DNA of 64,000 nucleotides from a virus (Duplodnaviria; Caudoviricetes): IMG/VR virus record IMGVR_UViG_2597489865_000010, positions 13,709 to 77,708 of that record; one strand, 5' to 3'. Shown piece by piece: positions 54,676 to 64,000 of this stretch (position 1 is its first letter; each line of letters starts with the position of its first letter). The notes under the pieces were generated by a model. It saw only the letters and a program-made list of their open reading frames with translations, ran no database searches and was not told where the DNA came from. The position numbers and the translations under genes were made by a program.

Positions 54676-55173
54676 ATGGGCAGTCTTGTCGCGGGAAAAC
54701 CCGTTTTGCCTGCAAAAGGGGATACCCCTGATGTGGATGATGGGCAAAGTGCCGTCAGCGCCGGGGATTTCTGGCCGCTGATCGTCCTGCGCGACCTGCG
54801 CCTGGCCGACCGCATTACCGGGGGGATCACCACTTCCAGGCTGATGCACGTCACGACGGAAGCCGTCGCGCATGTGACCGATCAGCTTCAGGACTGGCAG
54901 GCGCACCAGACGGCATCCGGCTACTCCCGCTTGCAGGCCGTGCCGTCAGCCCACATCAATGGCGAAAGCAGTAAGGTGTATCGCTACCGGCGTGCCGTGT
55001 ACGCCATCGCCCGCGCTCTGGTGCTGGAAGGCTATCGTGATGTCGATACCACCGCGAAAGGGGATAAGGCCGCCGACGCGCTGGACGCCCAGCGTGATGA
55101 TCTCTGGCGCGATGCGCGCTGGAGTATTTCGGATATCCGGGGCGTCCCGCGCCTCTATGCGGAGCTGTGCTGA
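54676..55173 (+). CDS. P2-like head completion protein (gpL)
   Basis: AGGAG RBS; FWP, YRRAVY, DLWRDARW. Confidence 0.85.
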   Translation: MGSLVAGKPVLPAKGDTPDVDDGQSAVSAGDFWPLIVLRDLRLADRITGGITTSRLMHVTTEAVAHVTDQLQDWQAHQTASGYSRLQAVPSAHINGESSKVYRYRRAVYAIARALVLEGYRDVDTTAKGDKAADALDAQRDDLWRDARWSISDIRGVPRLYAELC

Positions 55174-55373
55174 TGAAAGTGAAAGCCTTGCAGGGGGATA
55201 CCGTGGACGCGCTCTGCTGGCGGCATTATGGCGCGACCTGTGGCGTTACCGAAACGGTGTTATCTGTCAATCCTGGTTTAAGCCAGGCAATCGCTCTGGA
55301 TGCAGGCCAGGAGGTGGAGCTGCCGGATATTGCGCGCGACACACAACAGGAGCGGGTGCAGCTATGGGAGTGA
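55173..55373 (+). CDS. P2-like tail protein gpX
   Basis: QGDTVDALCWRHYG...NPGL...VQLWE. Confidence 0.92.
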   Translation: MKVKALQGDTVDALCWRHYGATCGVTETVLSVNPGLSQAIALDAGQEVELPDIARDTQQERVQLWE

Positions 55374-55666
55374 GTCTTTTTCAGCGGCTGGGTGACTGGC
55401 TGACCTACGGCATGTCAGCGTGGGTGACCAGCATTGGCGTGATGACATTAAACGAAAAAATGGCGCTCGCCGGTATGCTGGTCGGTCTGCTCTTTGGGGC
55501 GCGCGGCTGGCTGCATCGTGTTCGCATGGAGAGAGGGTTGGCGCGCCGCAACGACCTGATTGCGCAGATCCTGGCACAGGCTTCGCGCCGCCCGTTGAGC
55601 CACGCCGAACGCCAGTCGCTCAGCCAGCTACAGCAGGATGTGCCGGACGATGAAACGGGTTATTAA
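55364..55666 (+). CDS. Putative holin
   Basis: Two hydrophobic segments; between gpX and the endolysin. Confidence 0.65.
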   Translation: MGVSLFQRLGDWLTYGMSAWVTSIGVMTLNEKMALAGMLVGLLFGARGWLHRVRMERGLARRNDLIAQILAQASRRPLSHAERQSLSQLQQDVPDDETGY

Positions 55667-56195
55667 AAAATGCGCGATTGGGGTGATCCTCGCGCTGGGT
55701 CTCACCCTGAGTCCGGGCGCGTTGCGTACCTCTCCCGAGGCGCAGCGGAAGATTGCCACCTGGGAAGACTGCCGGAATACCCCGTATTACTGCACGGCAG
55801 ACGTACTGACGGTAGGGATCGGTTCAACGGGTGGGGTTGAAAACAGGACGTACAGCGATGCGGAGATTGCCCACCGCTGGGTGAATGACCTGCAACACGC
55901 TGAGAACTGTATTAACCAGCACTTTGAGGGTGAACACATGCCGCAATCGGCCTTTGAGGCAATGACTGACGCCGGACTGAACGTCGGCTGTACGGGCCTG
56001 ATGTGGTTCACCAACCGCCAGGGTAGAAAACAGCGTACGACGCTGTGACAGCGGGCGCAGGCGCATCAGTGGAAAGCCATGTGTTACCGCCTGACGGATT
56101 TTGTTAACAGCGCCGGAAGGCGAAACCCTGGCCTCGTTAACCGCAGGAAAGATTTCAGGGGCTGGTGTTTGCGCGATACGCGGGAGGTGTCGTGA
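55650..56195 (+). pseudogene. SAR-type lysozyme endolysin, TGA at 56046
   Basis: WEDCRNTPYYC...TVGIGST, NVGC, GLVNRR. Confidence 0.85.
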
Positions 56196-56659
56196 AGCTG
56201 GCGGGCATCCTCTGCGTACTGCTGGCGCTGACGGCGGGCGGGCTGCTCTGGCAGACGCAGCGGCACGGGGAAGCGCATACCCGCTACGCGTCGCTGTCTG
56301 ATGAAATGCAGCATAACCGTGTGGTGATGGACGAATTACGGGCCATGACGGCGGACGCCCGCTAGGCGCTGGCGCAACTGCGGGCAAGCGAACAACAACG
56401 ACAGAAACAGGGAGAAATCCGGCGTGAACAGATACGTAAAGCCACTGACAACGAGACGTGCGCTCGTACTGTTGTCTCTGCTGCTCTCAGTGACAGCCTG
56501 CAAAACCGTCAGCCCGCCCCCGTCGCTTCAGGTCATCTACGAACCCGTGCCGGAAAGCCTGACGCTGGCGACCTCCGTCCCGCCGCTGAGAGCACCGGTG
56601 ACCTGGGGCGCGATCGCCCTGTGGAGCGATCGCCTGCGCGACGTGCTGGACACCTGTAA
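56192..56659 (+). pseudogene. Rz-like inner-membrane spanin, TAG at 56363
   Basis: N-terminal TM plus coiled coil; position after endolysin. Confidence 0.7.
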
Positions 56660-56738
56660 CGCCGATAAGGCGACGATTGTCGATCTTGAGCAACACAGAC
56701 TGACGCGGCTGACCGAGTACGCGGAGAGCGCGCGATGA
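56424..56738 (+). CDS. Rz1-like outer-membrane spanin lipoprotein
   Basis: SVTAC lipobox, Pro-rich, LDTCNADK; overlaps Rz. Confidence 0.72.
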   Translation: MNRYVKPLTTRRALVLLSLLLSVTACKTVSPPPSLQVIYEPVPESLTLATSVPPLRAPVTWGAIALWSDRLRDVLDTCNADKATIVDLEQHRLTRLTEYAESAR

Positions 56739-56769
56739 GCGTACCCGCTGTAACGAAAAGGAAAACCCT

Positions 56770-57234
56770 ATGCTAAAAGCCGATTCACTGCGTGACACCC
56801 TGACACACTCAATCCCCTGGTGCCGGGCGAACCCGGAAGCCTTTACGGTGTTTGTTGAGGCGGGGCATATTGAAACGACCGGCGAAACGCCGTCGTTTAT
56901 GTACAGTTATACCCTGGTGCTGTTTGTGATGAACTTCGCCGGGGATATCGATGATTTTACCCTGCCGTTACTGGCCTGGCTCTGGCACAATCAGCCGGCG
57001 CTGTTGCTGAACCCGGAGAAAAACCGGCAGATAGCCTTTACTACGCTGATTAATAACGACGACACCGCAGATATTCTGTTTGAGATGCCGATAAGCGAGC
57101 GCGTGAAGGTGACGCTGGATGCACACGGCATTCCCCGTGCTGAGCATCTGCCTGAGCCGCGTCCACGCCTTCACGTCATGCAAGGCGGCTGGGGTGACCT
57201 CTTTGAAGGCGCATCGCGGGAGGCAGCAGCATGA
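56770..57234 (+). CDS. P2-like tail completion protein (gpR)
   Basis: MLKADSLR, LLAWLWHNQP, ISERVKV, HLPEP. Confidence 0.9.
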   Translation: MLKADSLRDTLTHSIPWCRANPEAFTVFVEAGHIETTGETPSFMYSYTLVLFVMNFAGDIDDFTLPLLAWLWHNQPALLLNPEKNRQIAFTTLINNDDTADILFEMPISERVKVTLDAHGIPRAEHLPEPRPRLHVMQGGWGDLFEGASREAAA

Positions 57235-57869
57235 GCCACGATCGTTTGCGTACGCTGGACGGTATTTTCAGCGACATCCTGAACGCCGCCTCGCCATCCG
57301 GCCGGACGCGCACCGCGCGCGCCATCGGCCAGGCCTTGCGGCGCAGTCAGCAGCAGCGCATCAAGGCCCAGAAAAACCCGGATGGCTCGCCGTATTGCGC
57401 TCGCCGCCGCAAGGTGTTGCGCGCCCAGCAGGGGGTGGTGTTTGCCTGGCGGGGGGAGATCCGGCGCCTGAAGAACTGGCACGGTGCACGGGGTCAATAC
57501 GGGCGCACCCTTACCGGCTTTGATGAAGATCGCAACGCCATTCGCACCTTTTACCGCCACGATATTGAGCGCTACATCGAGATTAACACTCAGTCGGTAC
57601 GCCGCAATACCACAAAGAAGGCGCCTCTGTTTCAACGGTTGCGTCGTTATCGCTTTCTCAGGATGCGCGCCGATGCCGGGGGGGCTAGCGTAGGTTTTGA
57701 TGGAGTGGCCGCGCGTATCGCCCGTGTGCATCAGTTTGGCCAGCGTGACCAGGTTGGGCCAGGCACTTTCGCACACTATCCGGTGCGTGAACTGCTGGGT
57801 TTCACGTCAGCAGATGAACAACACATCACCGAGCAGGTGATTAACAGCCTGGGGAGGTTAGCGCGGTGA
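57231..57869 (+). CDS. P2-like virion morphogenesis protein (gpS)
   Basis: QQQRIKAQKNPDGS, ARVHQFG, YPVRELLG. Confidence 0.9.
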   Translation: MSHDRLRTLDGIFSDILNAASPSGRTRTARAIGQALRRSQQQRIKAQKNPDGSPYCARRRKVLRAQQGVVFAWRGEIRRLKNWHGARGQYGRTLTGFDEDRNAIRTFYRHDIERYIEINTQSVRRNTTKKAPLFQRLRRYRFLRMRADAGGASVGFDGVAARIARVHQFGQRDQVGPGTFAHYPVRELLGFTSADEQHITEQVINSLGRLAR

Positions 57870-58446
57870 ACGCTGAACTGATCCGTCTGCTGGAAAACCT
57901 GCTTCGTGTCGGCGTGGTGGTCGCCGTGGATGAAAAAAGCGCCCGTGTACGCGTGCAAAGCGGCGAGCTGCTGACCGACTGGCTGCGCTGGAACACCCTG
58001 CGCGCGGGCGCGTTCACGCTCTGGGCACCGCCTTGTGTGGATGAACAGGTCTGGCTGGGGTGATTGGGCGGCAATCCTGAAACAGCGGTCATCATCGGCA
58101 GCCTGTATAGCCACGATCACCCGGCGCCGGGCAGCAGCCTGAAGGACATCATACTGACCGCGCCAGACGGTGCGCGTTTAGCTATGACGCTGACGCCGGC
58201 GCGCTGTACGCGCAGGGCATGAAGACCGCCCACATCGTCGCTGAGACCCGCGTAACGCTCGAAACGGCCGTGGTGGAATGCACGGCGCATCTGAAGGCGC
58301 GCACGTTTGAACTGACGGCAGGCGGCACAATGAAAGGCGACATTGTGCATTCTGACGGCGCGCTGTCCTCTCACGGGGTGACGCTGCATACGCATGTGCA
58401 TGGCGGCGTGCAGGGTGGCGGCGGCAACACCGGGGGGCCGACATGA
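57866..58446 (+). pseudogene. P2-like baseplate spike (gpV); stop and frameshift
   Basis: RLLENLLRVG, TDWLRW, HTHVHGGVQGG. Confidence 0.88.
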
Positions 58447-58811
58447 CCGTTCGCTATACCGGCATGAACCCGGACAGCACCGGACTGCTTATCGATGCCG
58501 ACCACCTGTGGCAGGCCGTTCGTGATGTGCTGACCACGCCGTTGGCCAGCCGTGTGATGCGCCGGGACTACGGCAGCCTGCTGCCTGATTTGCTCGATGA
58601 GCCGGAAAACGACATCACCCGCCTGCGCTGCATGAGTGCAGCAGTGGTCGCGCTAGCCCAGTGGGAGCCACGCATTGCCCTGAAGGGTATCGCTGTCCAT
58701 TACTCAAAAATGGGCGCGGTGAAGGTTGAACTCGCCGGGATCATCACTGAAACCTTGCAACCCGCCAGCACGACACTGACGCTCAGGAGTGGTCGCCATG
58801 TCAACCGTTGA
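58443..58811 (+). CDS. P2-like baseplate protein gpW
   Basis: TPLASRVMRRDYGS, WEPRI. Confidence 0.92.
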   Translation: MTVRYTGMNPDSTGLLIDADHLWQAVRDVLTTPLASRVMRRDYGSLLPDLLDEPENDITRLRCMSAAVVALAQWEPRIALKGIAVHYSKMGAVKVELAGIITETLQPASTTLTLRSGRHVNR

Positions 58812-59697
58812 CCTGTCTCAGTTACCGCCGCCACACATCATTGCCGTGCCGGCATTTGAGCGCATTCTTCATGACATCAAGATTTTCATGATCGCAGCCT
58901 TTCCGAAGGCGCAGCAGGCGTCGGTTGCGGCGGCGCTAGCGCTGGAATCCGAGCCACTGAACGTGATTGCCCAGGTGGTGGTTTACCGCGTGATGCTGCT
59001 TGAGCAGCAGATCAATGACGGTGCGCCGGCCTGTATGTTAAGTCATGCGGTGGGCGCCGATCTGGATTACCTGGCGGCTAACCTGAACACCAGGCGTCTG
59101 GTGGTAACGCCTGCAACGCAGACCGACTCCGCCGTGATGGAAAGCGACACCGCCCTGCGCCTGCGGGCGCAAGCGGCCTTTGATGGTCTGAGTGTTGCCG
59201 GGCCGTCGGGTGCCTACGAATACTTTGCCAAAAGCGCCAGCAGCAAGGTGGCCGATGCAAAAGCGACCAGCCCATCCCCTGCGGTGGTGGTGCTTTCGGT
59301 ACTCTCCACAGAGGGGGATGGCACTGCTGACGCGTCGCTCCTGGCGAGTGTGACGCGCGCCTTATCCGCGGAAGATAAGCACCCTCTTGGTGATCGCCTG
59401 ACGGTGCAGTCGGCCAGCATCGTCACTTATCAGATTGAGGCGCGTCTGCATTGCTACCCCGGCCCGGAATCTGAACCCATTCAGGCCGCCGCGCAGGTGT
59501 CGCTTAAGGCATGGCTGGCACAGCAGGGAAAAATTGGCTGTAACGTGGCCCGCTCCGCCATTATGGCCGCGTTACATGTGCAGGGTGTACAGCGCGTGGA
59601 AGTTCTGACGCCTGCCGATGAAGAAATCGTGATTGATGATACACAGGCGGCGCGCTGCACCGCCTTCACCATCAACATAGGGGGCACGGATGAATAA
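58798..59697 (+). CDS. P2-like baseplate protein gpJ
   Basis: VDLSQLPPP, LESEP, SVAGPSGAYEY. Confidence 0.92.
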   Translation: MSTVDLSQLPPPHIIAVPAFERILHDIKIFMIAAFPKAQQASVAAALALESEPLNVIAQVVVYRVMLLEQQINDGAPACMLSHAVGADLDYLAANLNTRRLVVTPATQTDSAVMESDTALRLRAQAAFDGLSVAGPSGAYEYFAKSASSKVADAKATSPSPAVVVLSVLSTEGDGTADASLLASVTRALSAEDKHPLGDRLTVQSASIVTYQIEARLHCYPGPESEPIQAAAQVSLKAWLAQQGKIGCNVARSAIMAALHVQGVQRVEVLTPADEEIVIDDTQAARCTAFTINIGGTDE

Positions 59698-60304
59698 CGC
59701 TCTGCTACCGCCGTCAGCCAGCCACTTTATGCGTCATACCGAAAAGGTGACAGCGCGGATCAGTGATATTCCCGTTGAACTGCGTCAGTTATGGGACGCG
59801 GATACGTGTCCGGCGGCGCTACTGCCTCATCTTGCCTGGGCGCTGTCTGTTGACCGTTGGGATAAAAACTGGCCGGAGTCTGTCAGACGGCAGGTGATTA
59901 AAGCCGCCTGGCAGATCCACCGGCAAAAGGGCACTATCGCCGCCCTGAAGCGCGCGGTAGAGCCGCTGGGCTATATCATCCGCGTGATTGAATGGTGGCA
60001 AACTGGTGAGGCGCCGGGCACCTTCCGGCTGGATGTGGGCGTACTGGAAAACGGCATTACCGAGGCCATGTACCAGGAGCTGGAGCGCCTAATTGCGGAT
60101 GCCAAGCCGGTCAGCCGCCACATGACCGGGCTGTCGGTCAATCTCGACGTTAACGGGCAACTTCCGGTCGCCGTCGGCAGCTACGACGGCGATATCCTGA
60201 CCGTTTACGCCTATACCCCTGAAACCCTGAGTGTCACCGCCTCGCTCCCCGGCGCGGCCGGCACGCAAACCGCTGATACCCTGACCGTGAGCATCACATC
60301 ATGA
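59690..60304 (+). CDS. P2-like tail protein gpI
   Basis: CPAALLPHLAWALSVDRWD, HRQKGT, AKPVSRH. Confidence 0.93.
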   Translation: MNNALLPPSASHFMRHTEKVTARISDIPVELRQLWDADTCPAALLPHLAWALSVDRWDKNWPESVRRQVIKAAWQIHRQKGTIAALKRAVEPLGYIIRVIEWWQTGEAPGTFRLDVGVLENGITEAMYQELERLIADAKPVSRHMTGLSVNLDVNGQLPVAVGSYDGDILTVYAYTPETLSVTASLPGAAGTQTADTLTVSITS

Positions 60305-60721
60305 GCATCAAATTTTTTGGCATCCTGACCCACCAGGGCGCGGCCCGGCTGGCGAACGCCGCCGCACTGGGCACCAAGCTTGACTTAAGTATCATGGCGG
60401 TCGGGGATGGCGGCGGCAGTCTGCCGTTTCCTGAGCCGACACAAACTGCGCTCAAAGGCGAACGCCGCCGCGCGGCCCTTAACCATCTGAGCATTGACCC
60501 GCTTAACGGCAACCAGATTATCGCCGAGCAGGTCATTCCGGAAAATGAAGGCGGATGGTGGATAAGGGAAATGGGCCTGTTTGACAAAGACGGCACCCTG
60601 ATAGCGGTAGCCAACTGCCCGGAAAGCTACAAACCCCAGATGCAGGAAGGCAGCGGGCGCACCCAGACCATCCGCATGATCCTGATCGTCAACAGCACCG
60701 AGGAACTGGCGCTGAAGATTG
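60301..60721 (+). pseudogene. P2-like tail fibre gpH N-terminus, truncated
   Basis: [31 protein letters not shown]; joins ttcA antisense. Confidence 0.9.
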
Positions 60722-61350
60722 GGCTGCGAACCGCACAGGTTGCAGGGAATAATCGGAAATTGGCGCGCCTGCGCGAAGCGGGCAATGTCCTTTTCGCGGC
60801 AGTAGGCCAGGGGTCGGATGACGATATGCTTGCCGTCGTCGCTCATAAGCTTGGGCGGCATCCCTTTGAGTTTGCCGCCGTAAAACATATTCAGAAACAG
60901 GGTTTGCAGAATATCGTCGCGATGGTGGCCGAGCGCGATGCGCGTCGCACCCAATTCCGTGGCGGTGCGGTAAAGAATGCCCCGGCGCAGACGTGAGCAG
61001 AGCGAGCACGTGGTTTTACCCTCGGGAATTTTGTTCTTGACGATACGGTAGGTATCTTCGGTGACGATATGATATTCGACGCCCTGTGACGCGAGATACT
61101 CGGGCAGCACATGCGCCGGGAAGTCGGGTTGTTTCTGGTCCAGATTGACGGCAACCAGGGAAAAATTGACCGGCGCGCTTTGCTGCAAATTGCTCAGGAT
61201 TTCGAGCAGGGTGTAGCTGTCCTTGCCCCCGGACAGGCAGATCATGACGCGATCCCCTTCCTCAATCATGGCGTAATCGGCAATCGCCTGGCCTACGTGG
61301 CGCCGCAGGCGTTTTTGAAGTTTATTAATGTTGTATTGCTGCTTTTGCAT
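60706..61350 (-). pseudogene. ttcA: tRNA 2-thiocytidine synthetase TtcA, C-terminus lost
   Basis: [45 protein letters not shown] then phage sequence. Confidence 0.93.
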
Positions 61351-61884
61351 GACCACGGCGTTCTCAGCCTTCCTCATAACGTGATGACGTTGCGCGCGCC
61401 AGAGGTTTTCCCGGGGCGGCATTACCGGCGTATGGTACGGATTGTACGCGATAATGCCAGCATCGACAGACAAAAAATGCAGCCGCCGGCGGTTTTACCC
61501 GCCTTCTCGCGGCTGCCAATCAAGGCGCCCTATTTCTCTCGCCCTGGTGGGATGGGGCGCAGCGAAGGGGGGTATGTGCATTGCTGTCTCGCCGCCAGAC
61601 CGCTCGCGACCCGTTTTTCGCGCTATCCGGGTTGGGGATTAACGGCGACTCAGCAATTCCTTGCCCGCTTAAATCGTCTAAAACTGCAATTTCGCTGCCG
61701 CAGAGATATTTCGCCCCTTCCACTTAATCGCTATGGTAGTAAAATGGATCCCCCCTGGGATGCCGTTCAGGGGCGGGGCGTATCAGGCAACGCGGCGGGA
61801 TGACGCTCAGGGGGGGCGCATCGCGTAACAGAGCGGGATGACGTTTAGGAGAGCGACTTATTCGAGCCAACGCGGAGGGGGACT

Positions 61885-64000
61885 ATGTTCAGAGCAATGA
61901 CTCATCCATCGGATCGTGCAGGTGCAGATCCTGCACTTGCCGAAGGTGCTAAAACCACGGCCAGGATGATATTAAGCCGCACCGTTCCTGACGCCTCGAG
62001 CAAACCGCATAAAGCCAAGTGGCAAAAGGCCAAATGGTGGGTGTTGAAAAATCTCATGGCGGCCAGTAACCGACATATTGGCGCGTTGGATCTCCCCCAT
62101 CTTATCATGAGTGATATGACCCTGCCGCGAAGATTAAATCTCACCGGCGCGAATCTGCGTAAAAGCGAATTTAACCGGGTCACTATGACGGCCGTGCTAT
62201 TGTGCCAGAGCGATCTAAGCCACGCGAATCTCACCAGCTGTAACATGCGGCGGGCTAAATTGCGCCACGCAACGCTGTATCGCGCACGGTTGGACAAGGT
62301 CCTGTTACGTCGAGCGGATTTACAGTATGCCGATTTAAATCAAGCGCAACTGAACCATGCCGTATTGGATTTCGCCAAGCTACATAATGAATGCCAACTT
62401 CAAAATGCCAACTTCAAACTCACCAGCTTCTACCGCGCCAAGTTGCGGCATGTCGATCTCAGCGACGCCTACCTTAAAAAGGTCGATTTAAGCGGCGCCT
62501 GCCTCAGATATGCCAATCTGCGCAATGCGGATTTGCGCACTACTCACTTTCGCGGCACCTGTTTGCGCAACGCCAATCTGAGCGGCGCGCATATTTCTCC
62601 TGGCGGCATGTGCAATATGAATTTCCAAGGGGCCATTATTGAAGGGGACCTTAAACTGGATCTGTCAGCTGGATGGAGTCAAAAAAACGCCCTCGATAAT
62701 TATCTTAATCCAAGCAATTACGCCAAAGGCGGTGGCGTCTTGCAGGCCATTGACAGTATCAGCACGGTTTATCAGCCGCTGAAAATCACGTTAATGCGGC
62801 AGATAATGGTTTCACTACAGCAAACCGACCTTTCCCTGGCCACCGTCGCCCCCGCGCGATTAGATAAACTGTCCAGCGCGCCTTATTTATGATGAACCGG
62901 ATATTGCCCGCTGGTCACAGGAAATCGGCTCGCGCTTTATCAGCATCTTCGACACGAAAATTATGCGCCGGCAACAAGAAGAGGTGCTGCGCGTCATACT
63001 CGATACCTTCAGCCGTTACCCGGAGAGTATGGTTATCCATAGCGCCGCCTTTATCCAGACGATTGCCCAGGCCATCTATGCTCGCCGCGCGTCGGCGACG
63101 GTGCAGCAGGCGAAAACGCTGTATGCGCGTTATCTCACCCATCGCCGGATAGCGCCTTATGCCTTGAAGGAGGAATTTGGTGATCGTGCGAAACATGCAC
63201 CCAACTGGCAGGATAAAAGCGCGGCCAATTATGTTTTCCTCGCCGGCAAACGCTCCGCCTACGCCCTGTTGTTATCGCAGGAGGGGCTTGAAAGCTTACT
63301 CGGTAGCGATCATAGCGCTGCGGACTACCGGCATTATTACCTTTACCGCGATGGCGTCCCCGTGAACCGGCAGGAGTATTGCTGGGAAACCTTGCGCCAA
63401 GAGCGCTTTCCGCTGTTCCAGTCGGGTTATCTGCGCCGGCTTAGCGAAAAACATATTATTGAGGTCTTGGCCCGCTTAAATCTGAGTGCCGCCACCCAGC
63501 AGTTGTTTGTGGAAACGACGAAACAGGCGTACTCAAACATTAAACTGGTGAGTCCTGAGAAGCAGTTGCTGATGCACGGCTTATGGGTGAACAGGGTTTA
63601 TCGGTTCGACACCGACGGCAACTGTACGCTTGATGAGGGTTTTTATGCACGGCTGATGCAGTTGGCGCTGTTGGTTGACCGTTCACCTGCTGAGCGGGCG
63701 CAGGTGACGTTTTGCCTAGCCGCGCTCTTTGCCAAATGTGCCTCGAACAGCCTATTCGGGACCGAGGATGATTCGCCTTATGCATTACGCAGTCTCGCCT
63801 GCGCCTTCTTGGATCGGGCCTGTACGCTGCTGAGCCGCATCGCTCACGCCGCACGCGACTTCACCGTCTGGAAAAACGCTTTGCTTGGCCGCCAAGGTGA
63901 AGCCACCTGCGCCTCCGTCGTGGCCAGTGAGATGTTAGGATACGGGACGACGCATTTTCCAGAGGTATTAAAGCAGGTCATGCCGGTCGAGTGGCGCTAG
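61885..64000 (+). pseudogene. SopA/NleL-like type III effector (pentapeptide repeats + HECT-like E3 ligase), frameshifted near 62888
   Basis: Pentapeptide repeats 62130-62640; C-terminal FGTEDDSPYALR...TCASVVA...FPEVL...PVEW matches the SopA catalytic domain. Confidence 0.82.

Noticed and set aside
60301-60996. 231-aa tail-fibre ORF and 362-aa TtcA ORF with novel C-termini
   Set aside because: The extensions are read-through into the antisense strand of the other gene after a deletion, not real domains
61111-61803. 230-aa ORF and other long GC-rich shadow ORFs (e.g. 17022-17777, 23513-24178, 37347-37988)
   Set aside because: Antisense shadows of real genes with no recognisable motifs
1-64000. 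tRNA, rRNA, retron or reverse transcriptase, CRISPR-Cas
   Set aside because: No supporting motifs seen by eye; a covariance-model scan would be needed to exclude small RNAs

Overview
Heavily degraded, IS-riddled enterobacterial DNA. The dense IS903-, IS256- and IS21-type copies and many fresh pseudogenes fit a recently host-restricted Sodalis-like insect endosymbiont (inferred, not confirmed). Four chromosomal islands remain: clsA-yciU plus a fully pseudogenised oppABCDF; hinT-ycfL-lpoB-thiK'; ttcA'; and a frameshifted SopA/NleL-like E3 ligase effector. They are joined to remnants of a lambdoid early-left operon (LRR, LuxR, Rha, cIII, kil-like, Sak4-like), a Mu-like transposable phage (ner', intact A, B'; inverted exonuclease-gemA-mor-amidase'), a P2-like integrase/att end, and a P2-like early-to-tail-fibre block. 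There are 13 recent IS copies (6 IS903-like, 4 IS256, 3 IS21) and one ancient IS3-like relic. Best candidates for an undescribed system: (i) an integrase-coupled Zn-ribbon + membrane coiled-coil pair whose poly-Gly run encodes a strong internal RBS, with a second Zn-ribbon homolog in the P2 A-Q cargo hotspot; (ii) a 20-aa-LRR + LuxR-HTH pair found twice in unrelated elements, once inside an intact ANR-LRR-PAS/LuxR-FinO-Rpn cluster. All family assignments are by eye from motifs; no database search was run.
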